Shown: positions 33,496 through 44,453, counted from the first letter of the stretch. The stretch: DNA of 64,000 nucleotides from an uncultured cyanobacterium (GCA_963793265.1 CAWBZI010000001.1:1504001-1568000), one strand, 5' to 3'. Made by a program: numbers and translations. Notes: generated from the letters alone by a model not told the origin.

Positions 33496-33684
33496 CTATG
33501 CCATTTCCATCCAGTCAAAAATTCTTTCGAGCTGTTGCAGGGTCAACACGCCCTGCTGCCATAGCACCATTGGTAAAGGCCCGACATCTTCAGCGCACTT
33601 TTGCAGGGCTAGCTTGATAGAAGTGGGGGGAACCGATAGCTCGTCTTGTAAAAAGCGAATGAGTTTGGTGTAGTCGCTAGACAT
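33496..33684 (-). CDS. DUF2949 protein
   Basis: LPMVLWQQGVLTLQQLERIFDW. Confidence 0.85.
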   Translation of the reverse strand: MSSDYTKLIRFLQDELSVPPTSIKLALQKCAEDVGPLPMVLWQQGVLTLQQLERIFDWMEMA

Positions 33685-34048
33685 GATGGTAGATGTGAAA
33701 AATATTGATGTTATAGGGCCGAAAGCGAAAACCGAAATAGCCTTTGCCGGGTTCTGTAGAATAAGGTCTAAAAGTTAGGCGCTTTTGGGTAAATACACAA
33801 TTGCGCAAACGCATAGAACCCTGTCTCTATCCAAGGCTACATCTGTAAAAAACTGTTTCCGTAGGCCGATAAGGTTGAATCTGGTGGATGAGTCCGTTAG
33901 ATTGCTCCTTAGTTAACCCATTCTTGAGAGGCTGAATTCTCAAGAAAATATGGAGCTTTGTTTTTGGTTCAGTGATTGTACGGTGTAACGGCAGATATCC
34001 TACTTTTCTTACATATTCGCTTAATAATTCTCAGCAATCAGGGCCAGA

Positions 34049-34651
34049 TTAGGGGTCAGAGAGGGCAGTGATATCGACGCGATCGCCCACCTCAAGCCCA
34101 ATCTCAGCCGCTCGCCCGCCGCGCAGCTCCAACACCTGATCGACAATTTGCTCAGGCGGCCCATACGTAGGACAAGGCTCACTAGCACAAGGAGCCGCTT
34201 CTGCCGCAATGTACACCACTTCTGTGTTCAGTAAAAACACCATATCCAAAGGCACTGGAACGTTCTTCATCCAGAAGTTAGTACGCCTTGGAGCCGGGAA
34301 AGGAAACAGCATCCCGCGATCGTCCGGCAGCTCGGAGCGAAACATAAGGCCGAGCGCTTGCTGCTGAGGGTCTTGGGCGACTTCTAGCTGAAACGTTTCA
34401 CCTTTTATTTCAGCCGTCGCTGTTACAGGTAATAGCTGACCGGGGCCGCTGAGCGTAATCAGATCTTCTTTCATTTCAGTGGGCATAGCCGCTTCTCCGC
34501 TAGGGTCGTCGGCGGGTGGCGGTGGCCCGCCAGGCGTAGAGCAGCCGATGAGTAGGGCGCTGAGCAAAAAGGGTAGGGCCGCAGCCAAGGAAAAGGAGCG
34601 TCGCTGGCCGTTCAACCCGTTAGTCATTAGAGGCATATCAAACACACTCAC
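34049..34651 (-). CDS. DUF192 lipoprotein
   Basis: GLMFR, GMLF, FWMKNVPVPLDMVF, VLELRGG. Confidence 0.9.
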   Translation of the reverse strand: MSVFDMPLMTNGLNGQRRSFSLAAALPFLLSALLIGCSTPGGPPPPADDPSGEAAMPTEMKEDLITLSGPGQLLPVTATAEIKGETFQLEVAQDPQQQALGLMFRSELPDDRGMLFPFPAPRRTNFWMKNVPVPLDMVFLLNTEVVYIAAEAAPCASEPCPTYGPPEQIVDQVLELRGGRAAEIGLEVGDRVDITALSDP

Positions 34652-34691
34652 CAGTAAAGAGATTCAGTAAGTCAACAATAATAGACACTTA

Positions 34692-35435
34692 TTAGCTTTC
34701 TCTGAGCACATAGCCCACGCTACGCACCGTCTGAATCAAGCGCTTTTCGTTCTCGCCATCTATCTTCAGCCGCAAGTAGCGAATATACACCTCAATCACA
34801 TTCGATTCACCAATAAAGTCATAGCCCCACACGCTCTCTAGAATCTGCTTGCGGGTAAGTACCTCACGCGGATGCTCCATCAAATACTTCAGCAGCTCAA
34901 ACTCCTTCATCGTCAGCTCAATCACCCGGTCATTCCGAATCACCTGACGCTGCGCTAAGTCAAGCACCATATCGGCAAACCGTAGCTGCTCGCCACTGGC
35001 CGCACTGGGCTGAAGATACGCGTTCACCAGCTTAATAAAGTCATCGCTGCGGTAAGGCGCTAAAAAGTAGTCATCTGCGCCCGATTCTAGGCAGGCAATG
35101 CGATCGCTCAGCTCATCACGCGCCATCATCAATAAAATCGGCACCCGGTTCTGCTCGCTGCGGAGCTGAAGGCACAGGTCAAAGCCCGAGGCATCTTCTA
35201 GGCGCTGAGCGGCCACGATCAAAGAAGGGGTGTGGTTTCGCGCGATCGCTAACCCCTCTGATAGAGAGTGAGCCGTCAACAGCGCATAGCCCGCCTCGTG
35301 CAGATCCACGCCAATTGCCGTAGCCACACTCTCGTTACTCTCAACGACCAGGACTCTGGGTAAGCCTTGAGATCGCAGGTCTTGAGGCGATCCATTTGGA
35401 GAAAGCCCTCCATTGGAAGCGGATGTCACACTCAT
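34692..35435 (-). CDS. nblR: OmpR-family response regulator NblR
   Basis: Atypical receiver plus winged HTH (SNVIEVYIRYLRLK); lies downstream of NAD kinase as in other cyanobacteria. Confidence 0.8.
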   Translation of the reverse strand: MSVTSASNGGLSPNGSPQDLRSQGLPRVLVVESNESVATAIGVDLHEAGYALLTAHSLSEGLAIARNHTPSLIVAAQRLEDASGFDLCLQLRSEQNRVPILLMMARDELSDRIACLESGADDYFLAPYRSDDFIKLVNAYLQPSAASGEQLRFADMVLDLAQRQVIRNDRVIELTMKEFELLKYLMEHPREVLTRKQILESVWGYDFIGESNVIEVYIRYLRLKIDGENEKRLIQTVRSVGYVLRES

Positions 35436-35461
35436 AACTCAGCACTGAAGAACATTCCCGC

Positions 35462-36379
35462 TCAGGGTAGCTCTACCGAAGTCGGCTTGGCAATGTGCGG
35501 TAGCCCCCACCCCAGCTTTTCACGCAGCACCCGAAAAAACTCAGGCGACTTAAGGCGGACAAACTTGGCGGAATAGGCAGAACGCGTGAGGCAGACGCGA
35601 TCGCTTGGCACCACATAGCACCCGGCATTTCCGTCGACCACCATCACCAGCGACTCGGGGTTAGCTGAAGCAATGGTCACCGGCTCCGCGTCGGGGAACA
35701 CCAGCCCGCGAGAGGCCAGCGAGTGCGGACAAATCGGCATAAGCTGAAGCACCGGCACGCCTGGGGCAATCACCGGCCCACCGGCTGAGAGTGAATAGGC
35801 CGTAGAGCCCGTTGGCGTAGAAATAATAATGCCGTCAGCTGCAATATCTACAGGCGCATGGTTGCCCACCTGCACCTCAAAGTGGCACATGCTCGTAAGC
35901 GGCTGTCGCTGTAGCACCAGCTCATTCATACACAGCGCCTCCCAGCTCAGGCGATCGCGGCTATAAAGCTGCACCAGCACCATCGCCCGTTCTTCTAGCT
36001 GATACTCACCCGACACAAGCTGATCCATAGACTGATCGAGCTGGCTAAGGTAAATCTCGGTCAAAAAGCCCATGTGACCCGTATTCACTGCCAGCAGTGG
36101 AATGCCTTTAGGCGCAACCTGACGAAACGCAGAGAGCACTGTCCCATCGCCACCAAACACAATCGCAAACTCCATGTCTTGATCAAAGCCGGGCGGCACC
36201 AGGCTCTCGACAGGGGTGTGGCAAACTGGCTTGCCGGGTTGAGAGTAGCCCAAAATGCCGGTTGCGCCCGTGGCTAAGCACACCTCATAGCCCCGAGACT
36301 CGAACCGTTCTCGAAGCAGTTTCGCGGCATCTACCGCAACTGGCTTGATGTCGTTGTAAATGACGCCGACTTTAGGCAC
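35462..36379 (-). CDS. nadK: NAD(+) kinase
   Basis: [22 protein letters not shown]. Confidence 0.95.
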   Translation of the reverse strand: MPKVGVIYNDIKPVAVDAAKLLRERFESRGYEVCLATGATGILGYSQPGKPVCHTPVESLVPPGFDQDMEFAIVFGGDGTVLSAFRQVAPKGIPLLAVNTGHMGFLTEIYLSQLDQSMDQLVSGEYQLEERAMVLVQLYSRDRLSWEALCMNELVLQRQPLTSMCHFEVQVGNHAPVDIAADGIIISTPTGSTAYSLSAGGPVIAPGVPVLQLMPICPHSLASRGLVFPDAEPVTIASANPESLVMVVDGNAGCYVVPSDRVCLTRSAYSAKFVRLKSPEFFRVLREKLGWGLPHIAKPTSVELP

Positions 36380-36694
36380 GGAAATTCTCTAGTTAAGTTT
36401 TCAGCAGTTGCGAGTCGTGAAAGGAACAGGCCAATACCCTATAGGCTACCGTCTTTGGCGATGTCTTGAATAGAGGCTTTAAGGGAGTGGATATTGAGAT
36501 GTTATTTTGTGACGAGTCACGAAGAGACATGTTTAAAGAACCATACTTCTTCACAAAGTTTTCAGATCTTCAGGGGCCGAAAAAGTCCTAAAAGCGTCTT
36601 AGCGGGGTAGTTGCCTGCCAGGCAGACCGCTATCGTGAGAAATAACGTTTGATTCTAATCAAGCGTCATTTCTATATAAGAGCAATCAGTTCGC

Positions 36695-36961
36695 GTGAGT
36701 TCTAAAGACCATCTACCCGCAACCACGGCCCACGTTCGCATCACCCATCAGTCCTGGCACAGTGGCCGGATTGAGGGTGATGTGAGTGCCAATGAATTTG
36801 AGTGGCATTTTCGCTGGCGGTTTCGTCAGGGCCAGCTCACGGTGGAGCCATCTTTAGGGCGAGCGCTAATTCAAGAGCCGCTAGGACGGTTTTTAGAGCA
36901 GTTCGACTATCAGCTAGAGCCTGGCGGCGACTATTCCTTTACAATTCGCGCCGAGCTGTAA
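36695..36961 (+). CDS. DUF3146 protein
   Basis: PATTAHVRI, PSLGRALIQEPLGRFLE, LEPGGDY. Confidence 0.85.
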   Translation: MSSKDHLPATTAHVRITHQSWHSGRIEGDVSANEFEWHFRWRFRQGQLTVEPSLGRALIQEPLGRFLEQFDYQLEPGGDYSFTIRAEL

Positions 36962-36985
36962 GTCTGCCGAGCTGTAGGTCAACCC

Positions 36986-37453
36986 CTACTCACCAGATAG
37001 CCGCTTCAAGTACCGCTCTATGAGTAAAATCGCCACAATGTCATCAATGGGTCTAGGAATGCTGCGAAAGCTTTGCGGGATGATTTTGCCAAAGCCGGTT
37101 GGGGGATACATTTCCCAGTAGCGATCGCGCGCCTCCAAAGAACTATATCGCTCGTCTACTAGCGTAATTCTAGGCGCATTCGGCAGTCTTTTTAACTGCT
37201 GCTGCCAGTGCTTAGACCCGGTTTGATCGCCCATCACAATATTAGAGATGGGATAGGCTTCTCTAAGCGACTGAATCGCGTTCGGCACCTCGCGCACCGG
37301 GACAACTTGGTGGTAGTGTAGCGAGCGATCTAAACCCACCACGGCAATACCACACTTAGCATTACCAGGATCTATGCCGAGCAAAGCTGGCCCTAAAAGT
37401 TCTTTAGCAGGGCCCTGAGAGAATGGCTGTGGAATATCAGAAAAAGATGACAC
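36986..37453 (-). CDS. YqgF/RNase H-fold nuclease
   Basis: LGIDPG..KCG, VDERYSSLEAR, DDIVA. Confidence 0.8.
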   Translation of the reverse strand: MSSFSDIPQPFSQGPAKELLGPALLGIDPGNAKCGIAVVGLDRSLHYHQVVPVREVPNAIQSLREAYPISNIVMGDQTGSKHWQQQLKRLPNAPRITLVDERYSSLEARDRYWEMYPPTGFGKIIPQSFRSIPRPIDDIVAILLIERYLKRLSGE

Positions 37454-37751
37454 AGAACCTAAGCTGACGAATATACCTTTACAGTAACGAGAATTGACAA
37501 AAAAAGAGGGACTTATTCTTTAGTCAGGGCAAAACAACTTTTAAGACTTTTTTGATAAAAGGGTGATCTTTAACCCATTCTTTGCTAAGAATACGACTTA
37601 TAGTTTTGGCCAAGCTATATTTCAACCACCTTCTCTGGCATCTCTCGAGCGTATTTTGGGTGCGCGTTCTGGCAGAGTCAGTAGGCCAGTGCTATGTTTT
37701 ATGAGTAGCCATTTTAGTACAACCGTACGCACTGCCTAGTGCGTCGTCTGC

Positions 37752-40700
37752 GTGCACGTAAAAAGAGTCGAACTTTCTAATTTCAAATCATTTGGCGGGG
37801 CCACAGACGTTCCTCTTTTAGAGGGATTCACGGTAATTTCCGGCCCGAATGGTTCTGGCAAATCGAATATTCTCGATTCGCTACTTTTTTGCCTGGGCCT
37901 CGCCAGCTCTCGCGGAATGCGCGCCGAACGCCTGCCTGACTTGGTGAATCAAAATCAGGCCAAGCGCCGCTCCACGGTTGAAACGACTGTCACCGCGACC
38001 TTTGATATCAGCGATGTCACTGACATGCTGATTACCGAAGAAGAAGAGGAGCGTTCTGAAAGTGACGATTTTGAAGAATTTCAAGAAGCACCTGAGCCGG
38101 TAGCCGAGGACGAGCCAGCCAATATAGAGGCTGGTATAGAAGTAGAGGTTTTAGCGGCTCGTAATGGTCAAAATGGATCGGGCAATATCACTCAAAACGG
38201 CAACGGCATCGCTACGCCCGTACCGCCTGGATCACCCTCTCAAACAGCAGAAGTTCCGCACGAATGGAAAGTCACCAGGCGACTGCGGGTAACCGCTCAG
38301 GGCACCTATACCTCTAACTACTACATCAACGGCGAGCCCTGTACGCTCAATCAGCTTCACGAGCAATTGCAGCGCTTCCGCATTTATCCCGAAGGCTACA
38401 ACGTTGTGCTTCAGGGCGACGTTACCAGCATTATTTCAATGAACGCCCGCGAGCGGCGAGAGATTATTGACGAACTTGCAGGCGTCGCGTCGTTTGACCG
38501 CAAAATTAATCAGGCTAAAGGCAAGCTCGATGTGGTTAAAGACCGAGAGGAGCGCTTTCGGATTGTTGAGACTGAGCTGATAGCGCAGCTAGAGCGGCTG
38601 GATCAAGACCGGAAGAAGGCGGAGAAGTATAAGCAGATTAAGGCGACCCTTCAGGAGAAACAGACCTGGGAAGGGGTGATGCAGTGGCGATCGCAGACCA
38701 AACAGGCCGCAAATCTGGAAAGCCAGATTGCTAAGGGCCATACCGAAGGCGAAGCAATTGAGCAGAAGATAGTCGTGCTGACTGAGCAGATGGAGAAAAC
38801 CGCTGCCGAGCTGACGGTGCTCAATGCCAAGGTAAAGGCGCTGGGTGAGGAGGAGTATCTGGCGCTTCAGGCGAAGCTGGCAACTCAAGAAGCTGAGCTG
38901 CGGCAGCTTGTGCGGCAAGAAGAGACGCTAAAGGAATCTTCAAAGACGCTAACAACGCAGCTAGCAGACATTCAAGGCGGCATTCAGAATCAGGAAGGGG
39001 AGCTGGAAATGCTCAGCCGCCGGTTGAAGGCGCTGACGGAAGAGGAGCTAGCGCAGATTGTAGAAGGGCGGGATAAAGCGGCGGCTGATTTGGAGGCGAA
39101 GAGAGAAGAAACGAATGCGATCGCCGGACAGTCTCAAGCCTGGGTACAGCAGCAAACCGACCTGCGCAAACAGGTAGAAGCCCTGCTTAGCCAGCTAGAG
39201 CCCCAAAGATCCGAGCGCGTCCGGCTGCAAGAGCGCATCAACCAGCTCGAAGCCCAAACGACCAGTCAAAGAGAAGCCCTTGCCAAGCTTGAAACAGAAA
39301 TGACGCAGGCAGGCGGCGTCTCTGAGTCCAGTTCTGAAGAGTCAGGAATGGCACAGGCAGCAGACGCGGGCCAGGCCAACATTCAGACCCTCGCGCAGGC
39401 CGTTGCCGACATCGAAGCCGATCTGCAAACGCAAACGCAGACGCTTAACCGACTCTTGCAGGAGCAACGAGAGAAGCAGCGGGAGCTAGACAGGCTAGAG
39501 GCTCAGGAGCAGGCGATTAAGGAGTCTCAAGGCACACAGGCAACAGAAGCACTCAAGCGCAGCGGCCTAGACGGACTGTGTGGCATTGTGGCAGAGCTAG
39601 GCCGGGCCGACAAAAAGTTTCAGCTCGCCCTCGAAATTTCTGCGGGCGGACGGATGGGCTTTATGGTGGTTGAGGACGATCGCGTCGCCTCTAGAGGCAT
39701 TGACCTGCTCAAGCAAAAGCGAGCCGGACGCGCGACTTTTCTACCGCTTAATAAAATTCGCGTTCCTAACTTCAGGCCCGCCGATAAGTGGAACCGTCCT
39801 GATGGCTTTATCGACTACGCCGTCAACTTAATCGAGTGCGATGACAAGTACGCCGACGTGTTTGCCTTTGTCTTTGGCAGCACGGTTGTGTTCGACACGC
39901 TCTCAGCCGCCCGGCAGAACCTGGGTAAGTATCGGATGGTGACGCTAGAAGGTGAAATTCTAGAGTCTAGCGGTGCGATGACCGGGGGTAGCTTGAGCCG
40001 CCGGGGTCGGCTGCACTTTGGCACGGTGGCCGCAGGGGAGTCTCAAGAAGCAAAGGGGTTGCGCGATCGCCTCGAAGAAATCAACGCCATCCTCCGCCGC
40101 TGCGAGCAAAAGGTAAACCAGCTCACCATGAAGGCCAAGGAAAAATCCAAGGCTCTAATCGAAGCGCGCCAGAACTACCGAGAGAATGAGCTTAAGGCCA
40201 ACCAGGCCGCCAGCCAGCGTCAGGCGATTGAACAACGATTGAACCAGGCCAAAGAGCAGCTCGCTCGCGCCGATCAGGAACATGCGGACGCCAGAAAACG
40301 ATTGGAGGAGATTGAGCAGGCGTTACCGGAGCAGGAGCAGCTACTGGCGCAAAAGCGTCAGGAACTAGATGAGTTGGAGAAGTCGCAAACGCATAGCGAG
40401 TGGCAGCAGGCACAAGGTCTTGTTCGCGTGTTAGAAACGCAGCTCAACGAACAGCAGCAGAGGTTGCGCACTGCAGAGAAGCAGCAGCAGGACTTAGCCG
40501 CGCAGCAGCAGAGATTGCAGGAAAAGGTGCAGCGGGATACAGAGCAAATCGGTAGCTTACGGCGGCAGCAGCAGGCGCAGGTTGACCAAACCTCTGAGGT
40601 AGCCCAGCAGCAGCAGGCGTTGCAGGAGAGTATTGCGCAGAGTAAGGGTGCGATCGCTATCCTCGACGACCAGCTCAAGCAAGAAAAGAACGCCCGCGAC

Positions 40701-41531
40701 ACCGTAGAGCGCCAGTACAAAACCGAGCAAAATCAGCAGCAGCAAAACCAGTGGCAGCTCGAAAAGCTCAAAGAAACTCAAACCCTCCGCCAGCAGCAGC
40801 TCACCGCCCTCCGAGAATCCATTCAGCGCCAGGCAATTGAACTCCCCGACCCGCTGCCCGAAATCCCGGAAGATCTCACCCTCGAAGAACTCAACAAGTC
40901 ACTCAAATCGCTTCAGCGCAGGCTTGAAGCTTTAGAACCCGTCAACATGCTCGCCCTCGAAGAATACGAGAGAACACAGGAGCGCCTTGAAGAACTCACC
41001 GACAAGCTCACCACCCTCGAAGAAGAGCGCACCGAGCTACTGCTACGCATCGAAAACTTCACCACCCTCCGCAAAGAAGCCTTCAAAGAAGCCTTCGACG
41101 CCGTGAACGAAAACTTCCAAACCATCTTTGAAGAACTCTCCGACGGCGACGGCCATCTCCAACTAGACGACGCCAACGATCCCTTCGCTGGGGGCCTGAC
41201 GCTAGTTGCCCACCCCAAAGGCAAGCAGGTTCGCCGCCTGGCCTCCATGTCCGGTGGCGAAAAATCCCTCACCGCCCTCAGCTTCATCTTCGCCCTACAG
41301 CGCTACCGCCCCTCCCCCTTCTACGCCTTCGACGAAGTAGACATGTTCCTCGATGGTGCCAACGTAGAACGGCTCTCTAAAATGATTCAGCAGCAGGCGC
41401 GGCAGGCGCAGTTTATTGTCGTTAGCCTGCGCAGGCCGATGATTGAAGCGGCTGAGCGAACCATTGGTGTGACGCAAGCCCGTGGGGCTTATACCCAGGT
41501 GTTAGGGATCAACTTAGCCAAAGCGACCTAA
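37752..41531 (+). CDS. smc: Chromosome segregation protein SMC
   Basis: GPNGSGKSN, hinge GRATFLPLNKI, MSGGEKS, FDEVD; coiled coils. Confidence 0.97.
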   Translation: MHVKRVELSNFKSFGGATDVPLLEGFTVISGPNGSGKSNILDSLLFCLGLASSRGMRAERLPDLVNQNQAKRRSTVETTVTATFDISDVTDMLITEEEEERSESDDFEEFQEAPEPVAEDEPANIEAGIEVEVLAARNGQNGSGNITQNGNGIATPVPPGSPSQTAEVPHEWKVTRRLRVTAQGTYTSNYYINGEPCTLNQLHEQLQRFRIYPEGYNVVLQGDVTSIISMNARERREIIDELAGVASFDRKINQAKGKLDVVKDREERFRIVETELIAQLERLDQDRKKAEKYKQIKATLQEKQTWEGVMQWRSQTKQAANLESQIAKGHTEGEAIEQKIVVLTEQMEKTAAELTVLNAKVKALGEEEYLALQAKLATQEAELRQLVRQEETLKESSKTLTTQLADIQGGIQNQEGELEMLSRRLKALTEEELAQIVEGRDKAAADLEAKREETNAIAGQSQAWVQQQTDLRKQVEALLSQLEPQRSERVRLQERINQLEAQTTSQREALAKLETEMTQAGGVSESSSEESGMAQAADAGQANIQTLAQAVADIEADLQTQTQTLNRLLQEQREKQRELDRLEAQEQAIKESQGTQATEALKRSGLDGLCGIVAELGRADKKFQLALEISAGGRMGFMVVEDDRVASRGIDLLKQKRAGRATFLPLNKIRVPNFRPADKWNRPDGFIDYAVNLIECDDKYADVFAFVFGSTVVFDTLSAARQNLGKYRMVTLEGEILESSGAMTGGSLSRRGRLHFGTVAAGESQEAKGLRDRLEEINAILRRCEQKVNQLTMKAKEKSKALIEARQNYRENELKANQAASQRQAIEQRLNQAKEQLARADQEHADARKRLEEIEQALPEQEQLLAQKRQELDELEKSQTHSEWQQAQGLVRVLETQLNEQQQRLRTAEKQQQDLAAQQQRLQEKVQRDTEQIGSLRRQQQAQVDQTSEVAQQQQALQESIAQSKGAIAILDDQLKQEKNARDTVERQYKTEQNQQQQNQWQLEKLKETQTLRQQQLTALRESIQRQAIELPDPLPEIPEDLTLEELNKSLKSLQRRLEALEPVNMLALEEYERTQERLEELTDKLTTLEEERTELLLRIENFTTLRKEAFKEAFDAVNENFQTIFEELSDGDGHLQLDDANDPFAGGLTLVAHPKGKQVRRLASMSGGEKSLTALSFIFALQRYRPSPFYAFDEVDMFLDGANVERLSKMIQQQARQAQFIVVSLRRPMIEAAERTIGVTQARGAYTQVLGINLAKAT

Positions 41532-41678
41532 AAAGCGGTGTCTTAGAGCGGTGTTCGGCATTCCCTCCTAATGAAGGAACCGGGAAAGGGATAAGAGTTC
41601 GGTACAATAGTCGTCTAATTAAGGTATAGTCCCTCAAGCTGCTGCTGAGTTCTGCGCGACCTTGCTCTGTGTGACCTT

Positions 41679-41750
41679 GCAAAGACAAAACGTGCAAAGA
41701 CAAAACGTGCGAAGACAAAACGCCTAGACAACACCTGCGACGACACCTTC
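41679..41750 (+). repeat. 15-bp tandem repeat (about 3 copies plus degenerate copies)
   Basis: GCAAAGACAAAACGT x2, then GCGAAGACAAAACGC, then decayed units. Confidence 0.8.
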
Positions 41751-41770
41751 CGAGGCAATTTTTAACAGCC

Positions 41771-42706
41771 ATGAGTTTTGAACAAAGCCGACTCCGCTCA
41801 GACATCGTAGGCACCCAGGTAATCACTCGCAGTACAGGCCGTCGCCTGGGCATTGTGAGCCAGCTCTGGGTCGATCTTGACCGTCTAGAAGTGTTGGCCA
41901 TTGGCTTACAAGAAAACATTCTTTCTAAGGTGATTGCCAGCAACGAAAGGGTCATGCTCCTCAGCGACATTCGGCAGATGGGTGACGTGCTGCTAGTTGA
42001 TGACGACACCGTGCTAGATGGCGATATCAATACCGCTGGATTTAGCAGCATTATCAACAGCGAAGTTATCACCGAATCAGGCGAAGTACTAGGCAAAGCG
42101 CGCGGCTTTAAGTTTGATGTGATCACTGGCAAGCTCGAAACAATCGTGGTGGCCTCAATAGGTCTGCCGCAGATTCCTGACCAGATTGTGAGCACCTACG
42201 AGCTACCCATAGAAGAAATTGTCAGTACTGGCCCCGATCGCATCATTGTGTTTGAAGGCAGTGAAGAAAAGCTCGTGCAGCTCAGCATGGGCCTGCTAGA
42301 GCGGTTAGGACTGGGCAGTGCGCCATGGGATCGCGGGCTCAGTGATGGCTACGTGATGCCGACTTCAGCTTCTAACCAACTGCCTTCTGGCATGAGAAAT
42401 GAGGGTCGACCCGAAAATCGCAGCAGTCGGCCTATGGAAGAGGAGCGCTGGCGTGAAGAAGCGCCGCCACAGAGCAGAGAGCAGCGCAGACCACCGCAAG
42501 AAGCCTATCGCGAGCCGCCACCAGCGGCCCCCAGACGTGAACAAAGACCACCTGTACCGCCCGTTGTTGATGTGCCAGTAGATGACGATATTACCGGCGA
42601 CGTTTGGGACGATGGAGAGAAGCAAGAGGAGCTAATTGAGAATAAGCAGCCTTTGAATATTCCGAAGAAAAAGGTGATGGAATACGAAGAGGAAACGGAC
42701 TATTAG
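41771..42706 (+). CDS. PRC-barrel domain protein
   Basis: Two PRC barrels (GTQVITRSTGRRLG; EVITESGEVLGK) and a disordered C-terminus. Confidence 0.85.
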   Translation: MSFEQSRLRSDIVGTQVITRSTGRRLGIVSQLWVDLDRLEVLAIGLQENILSKVIASNERVMLLSDIRQMGDVLLVDDDTVLDGDINTAGFSSIINSEVITESGEVLGKARGFKFDVITGKLETIVVASIGLPQIPDQIVSTYELPIEEIVSTGPDRIIVFEGSEEKLVQLSMGLLERLGLGSAPWDRGLSDGYVMPTSASNQLPSGMRNEGRPENRSSRPMEEERWREEAPPQSREQRRPPQEAYREPPPAAPRREQRPPVPPVVDVPVDDDITGDVWDDGEKQEELIENKQPLNIPKKKVMEYEEETDY

Positions 42707-42785
42707 TAGACGACTGCGCCTAACCACGTCTATTGTTTTATAAATTACTCGCGACTCTATTTCCGCGTAGGCGCAAAGGTGGCAA

Positions 42786-43535
42786 ATGGTTGTGGCTGAA
42801 CACGAAACCCTCAATACGCTATCCGTGATGGGCTTGCCGGTTCATCACAGTCATAACTATGTGGGCTGGCTCAATCGCAGGCTGGCTAATCATAAGGGCA
42901 CACATGTCGTCACGCTCAACGCTGAGATGTGTATGCAGGCCCAAGAAAATTCGCAGCTACACAGCTTTATTGACAATGCTGATCTGGTGGCCCCTGACGG
43001 CTCGGGCATTGAGCTATATTTTCGCCTGCTGGGCAAGCAGCCGATGCGCCGGTACCCAGGCATTGAGCTGGCGGCTGACTTATTGCAGAGCTTAGGCCCA
43101 CATACGAAAGTGGCTTTTTATGGCGGTAAGCCTGAAGTGGTGGCCGCAGCAGCGGACTATTGGCGGAGGCGATCGCCCCACATAAACCTAGCTATTGTCC
43201 AAGACGGCTACGCATCCGGCGTAGCGCTCGACGACTTCATCAACCAGCTTGAACAAGTGCAGCCCGATCTGATCTGCGTCGGCCTCGGCGTACCGCGCCA
43301 GGAATTTTGGATCGCTCAGCATCGCCGCCTTTGCCCCAACGCAGTATGGATCGGCGTCGGCGGTAGCTATGACATTTGGTCAGGCACCAAAACACGTGCG
43401 CCACAGTGGATGCAAAACGCTCATTTGGAATGGCTTTACCGGCTTTATCAAGAGCCCTGGCGCTGGCGCAGAATGCTCGCACTGCCGCATTTTGTCTGGG
43501 CATCTTTTTGGTATCGATTGCGTCATCAACAATAG
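42786..43535 (+). CDS. WecB/TagA/CpsF glycosyltransferase
   Basis: VTLNAE, PDG, GLGVPRQE, GVGGSYD, LEWLYRL. Confidence 0.92.
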   Translation: MVVAEHETLNTLSVMGLPVHHSHNYVGWLNRRLANHKGTHVVTLNAEMCMQAQENSQLHSFIDNADLVAPDGSGIELYFRLLGKQPMRRYPGIELAADLLQSLGPHTKVAFYGGKPEVVAAAADYWRRRSPHINLAIVQDGYASGVALDDFINQLEQVQPDLICVGLGVPRQEFWIAQHRRLCPNAVWIGVGGSYDIWSGTKTRAPQWMQNAHLEWLYRLYQEPWRWRRMLALPHFVWASFWYRLRHQQ

Positions 43536-43601
43536 TTTGTACGATACTTCTTACGACTTTCTCCAAATCAGGGACTTCTTAGACTTAAGGGCAGGGCATA
43601 G

Positions 43602-44453
43602 ATGAAGCGGCGGTGGTTTTTAGCGGGGATGGCACTCTCAGCAGTCGGTGCTGGCTGTCAGGCCAACGGCAGCAGCGTTGCTGACACTGAAGATGCAGGA
43701 GGCTTGAAGGTTACTCGCAATAGCAAAACCTTAGTCGTCGCCACTTCAGCGAACTATCCGCCCTACGAGCATCTGGTTGAAGGCACTTCTAGCGCTATAA
43801 GGGCAGAAGAGGCAGAGGATTCAGAAGCCGCCGCGATAGAGAACGAAAACGGGCAGAAGATTGTTGGCTTTGATATTGATTTAGCGCAGCTATTGGCCCA
43901 GCGACTAGACCGTAAGCTCTCTGTTGTAGATCTTGAGTTTGGGGCGTTGATTCCCTCGCTGGTGAACGATGAAGTTGATATGGCGATCGCAGCCCTAGAG
44001 CCCAATCGCACCCGCAAACAAAAAGTTGACTTCTCTAACATCTACTACCGCTCCCGCCAGGCGCTCATCTCAATAGAAGGCTACATGCGCCCTGCTGATC
44101 TCAACTATCAAACCATCGGCATTCGCGAAGGCAGCGTTCAGGCTCGCTACACCAACCGCATCAGCACCGACTATCCAGACTTGGACGTGATTACCTTCGA
44201 CTCCATACAAGAGGTGTTTGAAGCGCTTGATATTGGCACCGTCGAGGGCGTTATTTTAGAAGCCAACGTTGCCAAGGACTACCTGCGTCGATATACAGAC
44301 TTTGAAGCGCGTATGATGCCTAGCGATCAGCCATCAGGCAGTGCGATCGCCTTCCCCAAAAACTCACCACTACGCCGCGAAATCAACGCCGCGCTCTCCG
44401 AAATCAAGGCCAACGGAGAAATGAACAAGCTCATCGAAAAATGGTTTAGCTAA
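43602..44453 (+). CDS. Polar amino-acid ABC substrate-binding lipoprotein
   Basis: SANYPPYE, GFDIDLA, VDFSNIYY; lipobox-like GAGC. Confidence 0.85.
   Translation: MKRRWFLAGMALSAVGAGCQANGSSVADTEDAGGLKVTRNSKTLVVATSANYPPYEHLVEGTSSAIRAEEAEDSEAAAIENENGQKIVGFDIDLAQLLAQRLDRKLSVVDLEFGALIPSLVNDEVDMAIAALEPNRTRKQKVDFSNIYYRSRQALISIEGYMRPADLNYQTIGIREGSVQARYTNRISTDYPDLDVITFDSIQEVFEALDIGTVEGVILEANVAKDYLRRYTDFEARMMPSDQPSGSAIAFPKNSPLRREINAALSEIKANGEMNKLIEKWFS

Noticed and set aside
41679..41750. Repeat as a CRISPR or iteron array
   Set aside because: Units are contiguous, 15 bp and decaying; no spacers and no rep gene.
41509..42195. 228-aa minus-strand ORF
   Set aside because: Antisense shadow of the PRC-barrel gene with no recognisable motifs.
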